DNA of 54,054 bases, taken from positions 1 to 54,054 of the forward strand of contig DBYC01000053.1 of the NCBI GenBank assembly GCA_002310035.1. The letters are read 5' to 3'. The position numbers and the translations under genes are program-made. The stretch is from a bacterium UBP6_UBA1196 (GTDB lineage: Bacteria; UBP6; UBA1177). The notes below the pieces were generated by a model. The model worked only from the letters and a program-made list of their open reading frames with translations. It was not told the origin of the DNA and did not search any database. Below, piece after piece: positions 44,125 to 52,079 of the stretch (its first letter is position 1; every line of letters starts with the position of its first letter).

Positions 44125-46181
44125 ATCCTGCCCAGATCCATGAATTTTGAATTTTCCTGCTGGCCGAGGTCAAAAAATATGAAGAAATTTCCGTTTTCAT
44201 CGACCGCGATCCCTTCGGGTTTCAGTTCCGGAAACTCTTTTATAAGTTTACTTTTTCCGTTTTCGAAGCGGTAGAATCCGCCGCATTTTTCGCTGTCGCA
44301 CGATGCCGTGAAATAGAAATCATCGCTTGAAATCATATACAGATCGGAGATTTTTCTTCCATCCGGAATATCGACAAAAATCGTTTTCAGTTGTTTTTCG
44401 TTGATTTTTTTATCTGCAAAAATGGTTTCGTAGCCGCTGATTTCAAAAATTACGCCGTTTTCGTTGAAAAGGGGATTTTTGAAAGCGATGAAAAGCGAAT
44501 TGCCGGCGACGAACATTCCTTCGATGTCGATCGATTTTTCAGCGATTCCCTTTTTCAGGAATTTTGCCGCGTCCGAATCAGATCTTTCGGCAAAATTTTT
44601 GAGGATTTCATAAAAATCGACAGCGTTTTCAAGTCTTGCCTCACCGTTTGCAAAAGTGATCCGCGCAAGGAGCCTTCTTTCGGGTTTCAGTTTTCCTTTT
44701 TTGGAATAACTGAGCGACGACATTATGAGATAAGTGTTTTTACTTTCTTTAGCTATCGATTCCAAGTCATTGATTTTGCTAAAATTATTTATGTCGATCG
44801 TTTTCGTTTCGCCGTTTTTGCCGACTTCGAAAAGAATCGGTTTCTTTTTTTCTGTATCGTCTGAAACGACAAGAAATTTTCCTGTTTCAGGAACGAAAAC
44901 CGCTCCCGATGCCTCGATCTTTACCCTGCCATCCCATCGTATTGGGGTGACCTGCGGAGACGTTTCAGGAAACGTCTCTACATTTTTTTTCGTCGTGTCT
45001 TTTGGTAGAGACGTAACCTGATACGTCTCATCCTGTGATTTATTCAGTTTTTTTTTATCCATTTCCTTTGCGGAAAGTTTTGACTGCGTGACTGAAAACG
45101 CCTTCGCCAGATTGTCCCAGACATTGGTGCCGCAGGTTATCGAAACTTTTTCACCGAGGATAAACCCGTTGTTTTCAGGGATTTTGACAACGATTTCACG
45201 ACCCCAGAGCGCGATGTTCTGGTTTTTGAGAAGACGCACCGGAAGCGGGATTATCCTGCCTCCGAGCCCTGTGACGACGCCTGTTATCTGCTGCGGTGTC
45301 TGAGTGTTGGATATGGTAACTTCGTCGCCTGTGTTTATGAGCGAAAACTGCGATTCGGGGATGTAGCCTTTGACAAACGAAGGTTCCTTGCTGACGATAG
45401 AAAGGATAGGGCTGTATGCCGCGATTTTTTCACCCCCTTTGAAGAAGACTTTCTCGCCGTTTCCGTTTTTGATGAAAACGCTGCCGACGATCCCGTCAAA
45501 AGGAGCGTAGACCGCCATGTTTGAATTCTGTTCCTCGAGTGATTTCAGCTCGGCTCTCAGCTTTTCAGCCTCGACATTTTCGGGAGTTTCGCCGCCTTCG
45601 AGCATTTTATTGTACATGCGGTTTATTTCGGCGAATTCCTTTCTTCGGTCAACGATTGCCGATTCAAGCGATTCGATCTGGATTTCTATAGGATTTTTGA
45701 CTGAAGCCGACTTTTTGATCTTCACGCTTTTGAGCCCGTCCGAAAGCTCTTTGTTGATTTTAAGCTGATTTTCGAGAGTCTGGATCTGTGCTCTGAGTTC
45801 GCTTATTACGGCGCGTTCCGCCGCTTTGTTCTGCAAAATTTTTGATTTTATTTCGGCTTCGCTCAAGCCCCGTTTTGTCTCGATCTGGAGAAGCTGACTG
45901 CGGATGTCAGCGATACGCAGGGCAAGTTCCTGGCTTTCAAGTTCGGCGAGTTTCTGCCCTTTGTAAACAGGGTCGCCTTCCATAACCAAAATCTTTTTTA
46001 TGCTGACTGAAGTCTCTGAATTTATTATGGTTTCATTCGATTCCGCAAAACCCTGGAAAGTTGTGGTTTCACCACCCGAATAAATGATTATTCCTACGAC
46101 CGCCGCGATCAAAAGCGCGATAAAAGCGAGCAGAAGCCCTATTCCCTGAATTTTGTTGTTATACAAAAAGTGCTCCTTCAA
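44121..46181 (-). CDS. HlyD-family periplasmic adaptor (membrane fusion protein) fused to a C-terminal DUF3616-like domain
   Basis: N-terminal TM (GIGLLLAFIALLIAAVVGIIIY), lipoyl-like VMEGDPVYKGQKLAELES, long coiled coil, and beta-barrel part GDEVTISNT...GVVTGLGGRIIPLP. C-terminal ~270 aa has EASGAVFV...VVSDD, IDIEGMFVAGNSLFIAFKNPL and PEGIAVDENGNFFIFFD. Confidence 0.7.
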   Translation of the reverse strand: MKEHFLYNNKIQGIGLLLAFIALLIAAVVGIIIYSGGETTTFQGFAESNETIINSETSVSIKKILVMEGDPVYKGQKLAELESQELALRIADIRSQLLQIETKRGLSEAEIKSKILQNKAAERAVISELRAQIQTLENQLKINKELSDGLKSVKIKKSASVKNPIEIQIESLESAIVDRRKEFAEINRMYNKMLEGGETPENVEAEKLRAELKSLEEQNSNMAVYAPFDGIVGSVFIKNGNGEKVFFKGGEKIAAYSPILSIVSKEPSFVKGYIPESQFSLINTGDEVTISNTQTPQQITGVVTGLGGRIIPLPVRLLKNQNIALWGREIVVKIPENNGFILGEKVSITCGTNVWDNLAKAFSVTQSKLSAKEMDKKKLNKSQDETYQVTSLPKDTTKKNVETFPETSPQVTPIRWDGRVKIEASGAVFVPETGKFLVVSDDTEKKKPILFEVGKNGETKTIDINNFSKINDLESIAKESKNTYLIMSSLSYSKKGKLKPERRLLARITFANGEARLENAVDFYEILKNFAERSDSDAAKFLKKGIAEKSIDIEGMFVAGNSLFIAFKNPLFNENGVIFEISGYETIFADKKINEKQLKTIFVDIPDGRKISDLYMISSDDFYFTASCDSEKCGGFYRFENGKSKLIKEFPELKPEGIAVDENGNFFIFFDLGQQENSKFMDLGRI
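44957..45029. repeat. head-to-head pair of REP-like palindromes (copies 3 and 4) inside the adaptor ORF
   Basis: GAGACGTTTC-AG-GAAACGTCTC (44957-44978) with CTAC at 44978-44981. GTAG (45005-45008) followed by GAGACGTA-ACCTGA-TACGTCTC (45008-45029). Confidence 0.7.
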
Positions 46182-46304
46182 ACAGCAAAAAACCTGAAAT
46201 TATAGTGAAAATACAATGATTGTAAAGAGATTTTCAAATTGATGCAGGAAAAATTCAGCTTCCGGCAAAAAGTGTTATACTTTGTCGTTTTTGCTGGAGG
46301 AAAA

Positions 46305-46934
46305 ATGAACGGAAGAAAATGCTACATTCTCGATTTTGACGGCACGGTGACGGCACTTGACACTCTTGTCGTCGCGTTCGACAAATACTGCATCGTCGAT
46401 TGGCGTGAGCTTGAAAACGAGATGCGGGCCGGCAGAAGGGAACGCCATCAGACGCTGGTGGATGAAGTCGAATCAATGAAAGCCGGGAAAGAGGAACTTT
46501 TTGATTTTATTAAGAAAAGTGTCCCGGTACGTGAAGGTTTTTTCGATTTTGTGAAAAAAGTCCGCGAAAACGGTGACGAAATAGTCATTTTAAGCGGCGG
46601 TTTCAGAAGTTTTGCCGAACTTTTCATGGGAAACACGGAAGTCGAAGCATACATCAATGATATAAGATACTTAGGCGACAAAAACTGGGAGCTGGTCCCG
46701 TGCAAAAACGCTCTTCCTCCGCTTTGTGAGAAGAACTGTTCAAACTGCAAGCGTGCGGTCGTCGAAAAATACAAAAACGAGGGTTTCGAAACGATTTATT
46801 TCGGTGACGGCGAGACCGATTTCTGCGGTTCGAGATACGCCGATAAAATCTATGCGACAGACGAACTTGCCGAGAAACTTGCGTCTGAAAACGTGGAATT
46901 CACTTATTTTAAGGACTACAAAGATATTTTGTGA
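46305..46934 (+). CDS. HAD-IB phosphatase, MtnX-like
   Basis: GGAGG RBS. DxDxT motif YILDFDGTVT, SGG motif VILSGGF, FGDGETD, and Cys cluster PCKNALPPLCEKNCSNCK as in MtnX-type enzymes. Confidence 0.6.
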   Translation: MNGRKCYILDFDGTVTALDTLVVAFDKYCIVDWRELENEMRAGRRERHQTLVDEVESMKAGKEELFDFIKKSVPVREGFFDFVKKVRENGDEIVILSGGFRSFAELFMGNTEVEAYINDIRYLGDKNWELVPCKNALPPLCEKNCSNCKRAVVEKYKNEGFETIYFGDGETDFCGSRYADKIYATDELAEKLASENVEFTYFKDYKDIL

Positions 46935-46941
46935 GGTAACT

Positions 46942-48135
46942 ATGGGCAGAGTTATGGTCGGAGACAGACTCCACATTTCGATTTTCGGCAGACGCAACGC
47001 CGGCAAATCGTCGCTGATAAACGCTTTCACGGGGCAGAAAGTTGCGATCGTTTCCGATGTTCCGGGAACGACTACCGACCCTGTCATGAAGGCGATAGAA
47101 CTTTTTCCTGTCGGCCCGGCAGTGCTTATCGATACCGCGGGAATCGACGACACAAATGATGCGCTTGGTCTTGAAAGAGTGAAAAAATCAAGAAGTTATC
47201 TTGATAAATCGGATATGGTCCTGCTTGTTGTCGATGCTTCGGGCGAAGCGGGTGATTTCGAGGATGAAATAATTGCAAAATGCGAAGAAAAGCAGGTCCC
47301 CTTCATCGTTGTCCTAAACAAATCAGACCTTGCGGTATCCGAAAGCGTGAAAAAATGGCTTGACGGCAGGGAATTTGTAGCGATAAGCGCCGCTAACAGC
47401 TCCGGGATCACTGATCTTACCAAAAAAATCACCGAAAAATCGCCTAACGAATGGGAACCGCCGTTTCTGCGCGATCTGATCAAGCCGGGAGATATCGTTC
47501 TTATGATAACGCCTATTGATTCAAGCGCGCCGAAAGGAAGAATGATCATGCCTCAAGTTAGAGCTTGGAGAGACATTCTTGACGGCGGCGGGATCGCTCT
47601 TTCATGCGAGCCTCAGAATCTGCAGAAAGCGCTTGATTCACTGAGCACTAAACCTGCTCTCGCAGTCACCGATTCGCAGGTTTTTTCAAAGGTGGCGCCT
47701 ATTATTCCGGATGATATTCCCTTTACTTCTTTTTCGATCCTTTCGATCAGGCAGAAAGGAAACCTTGCCGAAATGGTGAAGGCTGTAAAAACCGTTGACA
47801 CTTTGAAAGCGGGCGACAAAGTGCTTATCGCCGAAAGCTGTTCGCATCACTCTCAGGATGACGACATCGCACGAGTCAAAATCCCGAAATGGCTCAACGA
47901 CAAAGTGGGCGGCGGGCTTATAATCGACACTTCGGCAGGACGCGATTATCCTGAAAATCTGGGCGACTACAAACTGATAGTCCACTGCGGAGCATGCACT
48001 CTGAACAGGCGCGAAATGCTTCTTCGTCAGGCTATTCCTGCTGAAAAAGGGATCCCGATGACCAATTTCGGAGTTCTCATAAGTTATCTCCACGGTGTTT
48101 TCCCGCGCGCCCTGAAACCGTTAGGAATTGAGTAG
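46942..48135 (+). CDS. hydF: [FeFe]-hydrogenase H-cluster maturation GTPase HydF
   Basis: ATG at 46942 after GAGGT. GRRNAGKSSLINAFTGQKVAIVSDVPGTTTDPV, DTAGIDD, NKSD, and C-terminal cluster ligands CSHH...HCGAC. Confidence 0.85.
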   Translation: MGRVMVGDRLHISIFGRRNAGKSSLINAFTGQKVAIVSDVPGTTTDPVMKAIELFPVGPAVLIDTAGIDDTNDALGLERVKKSRSYLDKSDMVLLVVDASGEAGDFEDEIIAKCEEKQVPFIVVLNKSDLAVSESVKKWLDGREFVAISAANSSGITDLTKKITEKSPNEWEPPFLRDLIKPGDIVLMITPIDSSAPKGRMIMPQVRAWRDILDGGGIALSCEPQNLQKALDSLSTKPALAVTDSQVFSKVAPIIPDDIPFTSFSILSIRQKGNLAEMVKAVKTVDTLKAGDKVLIAESCSHHSQDDDIARVKIPKWLNDKVGGGLIIDTSAGRDYPENLGDYKLIVHCGACTLNRREMLLRQAIPAEKGIPMTNFGVLISYLHGVFPRALKPLGIE

Positions 48136-48200
48136 TAATAATTCTAAAATCGGCAGACAAATCGGACAATTCTTTAAATTTTTTTGTAAAATTTGATGAG

Positions 48201-48674
48201 TCAACTGTTTTCGATCGCCGAGATCATCATATCGATCACAAAATCAGCAGATGATTTCCTGACTTGTTCGCGGTCACCGTCGAAATGAGCCGTTGTTGAA
48301 ACGGTTTTCCCTTTAAAAAACACGCCGAAGCAGACTGTTCCCACCGGTTTTTCCTTCGTTCCTCCGGTAGGTCCTGCTATTCCAGTGACTGAAAAAGCGA
48401 TATCCGCACCGCTTCTTTCTGCCGCGCCTTCCGCCATTTCGCGGGCGCATTCTTCGCTCACTGCGCCGAATTTTTCCAAAGTTTCAAGCGATACGCCGAG
48501 ATTTTTGTGTTTTGAATCGTTTGAGTATGTGACGAAACTTTCGTTAAAAACCGCCGAAATTCCGTCAACTGAAGTGATTTCCGCCGCGACCATGCCGCCT
48601 GTGCACGATTCCGCGCCGCTGATCCTGATTTTTTTTTCTTTAAGTATAGCACCCAGTTTCTGAATTTCGGACAT
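48201..48674 (-). CDS. CinA C-terminal-domain protein / nicotinamide-nucleotide amidohydrolase (PncC-like)
   Basis: ATG at 48674 preceded by GGAGGA. GAESCTGGMVAAEITSVDGISAVFNESFVTYSNDSK and SVTGIAGPTGG. Confidence 0.8.
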   Translation of the reverse strand: MSEIQKLGAILKEKKIRISGAESCTGGMVAAEITSVDGISAVFNESFVTYSNDSKHKNLGVSLETLEKFGAVSEECAREMAEGAAERSGADIAFSVTGIAGPTGGTKEKPVGTVCFGVFFKGKTVSTTAHFDGDREQVRKSSADFVIDMMISAIENS

Positions 48675-48682
48675 TTTTCCTC

Positions 48683-51600
48683 CTAAAACGGAATAAGTTT
48701 GAAGCCTTCGAGCCTTTTCCCAGCCTCCCGCTGCGATTCTTCGAGCAGTTTTTCGGGATCTTCCTTCCACATTTCGTGCATGATGGGATAGCGTTTGATG
48801 ACTGCGCCGTCACTTACTGCGAAAAAGCCGCCGCCGTGTTCGAAAGTGACGCTGTATGCAGCGTATTGCAGTTCGAATTCCATGATCTTCTGCGAATCGG
48901 AAGTGTTTCTGACGACAACTTCCCTGCCTGCCGAAATGAACATTCTGCCGTCGTCGGAAAAGGCTACGGCGTTGACTGCGCCGGAATTCCCGGTGAAAGT
49001 TTTTATGATTTTTCCTGTTTTTATCTCCCGCTCGGTGACGATCCCGTTTTCGTCTGAAGAGACAGCGAGTGTCTTGTCGGGCGAGATCGCGATCGAAAGT
49101 ATCGATTTTCCGCCGTCTTTCGTAGCGAAAACCTTTTTTCCGTCGGGAAAACTCCTGAAAATTATCTCTCCGTTGCGTCCCGCGGCCGCAATAAGCGAAC
49201 CGTCGGAAGCGACATCGACAGTATTTACCGGATTTTCATGCTCGAAAGTTTGAAGGACTCTTTTTTTAGAAACATCGAAAACGGTTATTCTGCGGTCTTT
49301 TCCTGCCGAAACTATGAATCTGCCGTTTTTGAAGAATTTTATTGCCGAAATCTGTTCGGAATGGAGCTGGAACGAAAAAATCATCTTTCCTGTGACCGGA
49401 TTCCAGAAACGGAGGCGGCCGTCGGAATCGCCTGTTGCGAGAAACTGTCCGTCGGGCGAGAATGCCATACTGTATGAAACAGTTCCTTCGATCCCGAAAG
49501 ATGAAACTGCCGATTCTGTGGAAATATCCCAGAGTTTTATCGTCGAATCCCAGCTTGAAGAAGCTAAAAATCTGCCGTCAGGAGAGTAGACGATCGACGG
49601 GATGTATGTCGTATGGCCGCGGAATCTCTGCATTTTTTTATCAAAATCGGTCTGCCAGAATTTAACGAGCCTGTCTTCGCCGACAGAGACCAACGAATTT
49701 CCCATCGGCAGAAATGCAGTTGAAAAGACTGCGCCTGAATGTCCCTTCAGATCATCGATCTGGCGTGTTTTGAGGTTGAGCAGTTTGATCGCTCCGTCGC
49801 GCGTCGCCGCTGCGGCAAATTTCCCGTCTGAAGAGACGTCAAGCGAAAAAAAAGCGTCCCAGTGTTCGAAAACACTGAGCGGTTTTGATGACATCAGACT
49901 CCATACTGCAAATTTTTTGTCGTATGAAGCCGAAACAAAGCGGATCCCGTCATTCAGGAATTTTACTGCTACAGTAGCTTCGGTATGAAAATCGAAAATT
50001 TTTTCGATCCCGCTTTTTCTGACAAGGTAGATCCTGCCGGAACTGTCTGAAACGAGGATTTTTTTGCCGTCAGGCGACCAGTCGATTGCGCGGACGGTAT
50101 TTTCAAGCTCGAAAATGTCGGCTGAAAGGTTCAGATCATCGGTCTTCACGATCCAGAGAGTCTTTTCCGTTCCGCCGAAAGCGATGAATCCGCTGCCGGG
50201 TGAAAAGGCGAGAGTGTAGATTTCACCGGCTGAAGCCGGAAGTGATTTTATCTGCGAACCGTCGGATGCGTTCCACAAAATCAGGCTTCCGTCCCAGCTT
50301 CCGGTAGCAATGAATTTGCCGTCGGGAGAGAATCTGACGCTGCCGACTTCGTCCTTGTGACCGCTGAGGGTGAATTTTTCGGTGCCGTCGGCGGAGTAGA
50401 CCTTGACCTCTTTTTTCTTGCCCGAAACGGCGAAAAGTGCTCCGTCAGGGGAAACCGCGACATTGCGCGCATCAAAATCAAGCGGAAAGAGGTTTTTTTT
50501 GAAAGCGTTGTTGCCGTAGACCGAAGAAAGGTAGAGCTGGGACTGGATCTTAAGCATGTGGTCAAGAGTTTCTTCATTGTTTTCGGCAAGATATGATTCG
50601 GGATAACTCCACGGACTTTTAGGGTTGAAAGGAGAGTGGTAAAGGGAAGCCGCGGCAAAAATTCCGGAATCGGAATATTTTCCTTCTTTCAAAAGTTTTT
50701 CGGCATATTCCAGATATCCGAGCGAAAGGTTAAGATGTGCCGTTTTTTCGCTGCTCACCGAATTGCGGTAAGCTTTGAAAACGGCTACGGACGAGAAAAC
50801 AAGAACAACGAAGAACGCAAGGACAAGAACGGAAAGAGATTTGTTTTTCACGACGAAACGTTTTGCCATCTCCCATGAACTGTATTCGTAGGCAGCGATC
50901 TTGCCGCCTGACATGAAATTTTCGATCTCTTTTGCAATTTCAAGCGCCGACTGGTAGCGGGATTCACGGTCTTTAGTCAAAGTCTTGGCGACGACGGCGC
51001 ACAGGTCCGGCGGGGCTGCCGGCTCGAAAATGGTGATGTCGACTGCCTGGGACGACTTGACATTTTCAAGCGTCTCCTGAACAGTCTTTCCTTTGAACGG
51101 AGGAACACCTGTCAGGATTTCGTAAAGCACGGCTCCCAGAGAATAAATGTCGCTGCGCTCGTCGATCGCGTCGATGTCGCCGCGTGCCTGTTCCGGTGAC
51201 ATATAGGCCGGAGTTCCGATCGCTTTGCCTTTCAGCGTCATCCCGATATTTTCGATTTTCAGAAGATTGAGTTCTTCGCGGAGTTCGCCGGCTGTAGTAT
51301 CGTCTTCGCCTTTGACTTTCGCCAGACCCCAGTCGAGAACGACAGTTTCACCGAATTCCCCGATCATGATGTTTTCCGGCTTGATGTCCCGGTGGATGAC
51401 GCCGCGGCTGTGCGAGTATGCGATGGCGTTGCAGATATCACGGAAATGGGGGAGGAGCCTGAGCCGTTTTTCAAGTGTTCCTGCATCTTTTATTGCCTGC
51501 GAAAGGGTCACTCCGCGGACGAGACGCATTGTGTAATAGCGGTTTCCGTCGGGTTTGCCGCCGATTTCGTAAACTGGAACGATCCCGGGGTGTTCAAGCT

Positions 51601-51898
51601 GTCCGGTAACGCATGCTTCGCGCAGAAAACGGGCTTCATCGGATTTGATTTTGTTCAGCGATGGGATTTTTCCGCCGTCGGCGCTGATGAGTTCCTTAAG
51701 TGCGATTTCTCTGCCGACGCTCCGGTCGAAAGCGACCATGACTCTTCCGATCCCGCCGCGTCCGAGTTCCTCTTTGATGTCGTATTTCCAGCTTCCGCCT
51801 GAATTTATGGTTTTCTCACAGATAAAATCGGGTGAAACGGCATCAAGCGAAACCGTTTTTGTAACATCGTTTTTTATTGAAACAGACTTCATTTTCAA
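48683..51898 (-). CDS. Ser/Thr protein kinase with TM segment and large WD40 beta-propeller region
   Basis: Hanks kinase motifs GRGGIGRV, HRDIKPENIM, DWGLAK, GTPAYMSPEQ. TM segment LSVLVLAFFVVLVFSSVAVF. About 14 WD40-like repeats (e.g. GHKDEVGSVRFSPDGKFIATGSWDGSLILWN). Confidence 0.9.
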   Translation of the reverse strand: MKMKSVSIKNDVTKTVSLDAVSPDFICEKTINSGGSWKYDIKEELGRGGIGRVMVAFDRSVGREIALKELISADGGKIPSLNKIKSDEARFLREACVTGQLEHPGIVPVYEIGGKPDGNRYYTMRLVRGVTLSQAIKDAGTLEKRLRLLPHFRDICNAIAYSHSRGVIHRDIKPENIMIGEFGETVVLDWGLAKVKGEDDTTAGELREELNLLKIENIGMTLKGKAIGTPAYMSPEQARGDIDAIDERSDIYSLGAVLYEILTGVPPFKGKTVQETLENVKSSQAVDITIFEPAAPPDLCAVVAKTLTKDRESRYQSALEIAKEIENFMSGGKIAAYEYSSWEMAKRFVVKNKSLSVLVLAFFVVLVFSSVAVFKAYRNSVSSEKTAHLNLSLGYLEYAEKLLKEGKYSDSGIFAAASLYHSPFNPKSPWSYPESYLAENNEETLDHMLKIQSQLYLSSVYGNNAFKKNLFPLDFDARNVAVSPDGALFAVSGKKKEVKVYSADGTEKFTLSGHKDEVGSVRFSPDGKFIATGSWDGSLILWNASDGSQIKSLPASAGEIYTLAFSPGSGFIAFGGTEKTLWIVKTDDLNLSADIFELENTVRAIDWSPDGKKILVSDSSGRIYLVRKSGIEKIFDFHTEATVAVKFLNDGIRFVSASYDKKFAVWSLMSSKPLSVFEHWDAFFSLDVSSDGKFAAAATRDGAIKLLNLKTRQIDDLKGHSGAVFSTAFLPMGNSLVSVGEDRLVKFWQTDFDKKMQRFRGHTTYIPSIVYSPDGRFLASSSWDSTIKLWDISTESAVSSFGIEGTVSYSMAFSPDGQFLATGDSDGRLRFWNPVTGKMIFSFQLHSEQISAIKFFKNGRFIVSAGKDRRITVFDVSKKRVLQTFEHENPVNTVDVASDGSLIAAAGRNGEIIFRSFPDGKKVFATKDGGKSILSIAISPDKTLAVSSDENGIVTEREIKTGKIIKTFTGNSGAVNAVAFSDDGRMFISAGREVVVRNTSDSQKIMEFELQYAAYSVTFEHGGGFFAVSDGAVIKRYPIMHEMWKEDPEKLLEESQREAGKRLEGFKLIPF

Positions 51899-52079
51899 CT
51901 TCCAGCCATAAAAACCGTTCTTTTTTAAACCAGAAAGCGGTTTAACTCAAATTTATCGCGGATATTTCTGTAAAAATAGTCCGCTTGCGCCGCATTCCAT
52001 AGTCAGGAAACGCTTTCGCTTGACATATTCCGTGCCGGACCTATCATTTTCTGTTTATTGTTGTTTTTCGGGGGAGAAA

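Noticed and set aside
46726-46941. N-terminal extension of the hydF ORF (track start 46726) overlapping the HAD gene by about 200 nt.
   Set aside because: The extension is basic low-complexity sequence in an alternative frame of a good HAD gene. The ATG at 46942 follows a GAGGT and begins the canonical HydF GTPase N-terminus.
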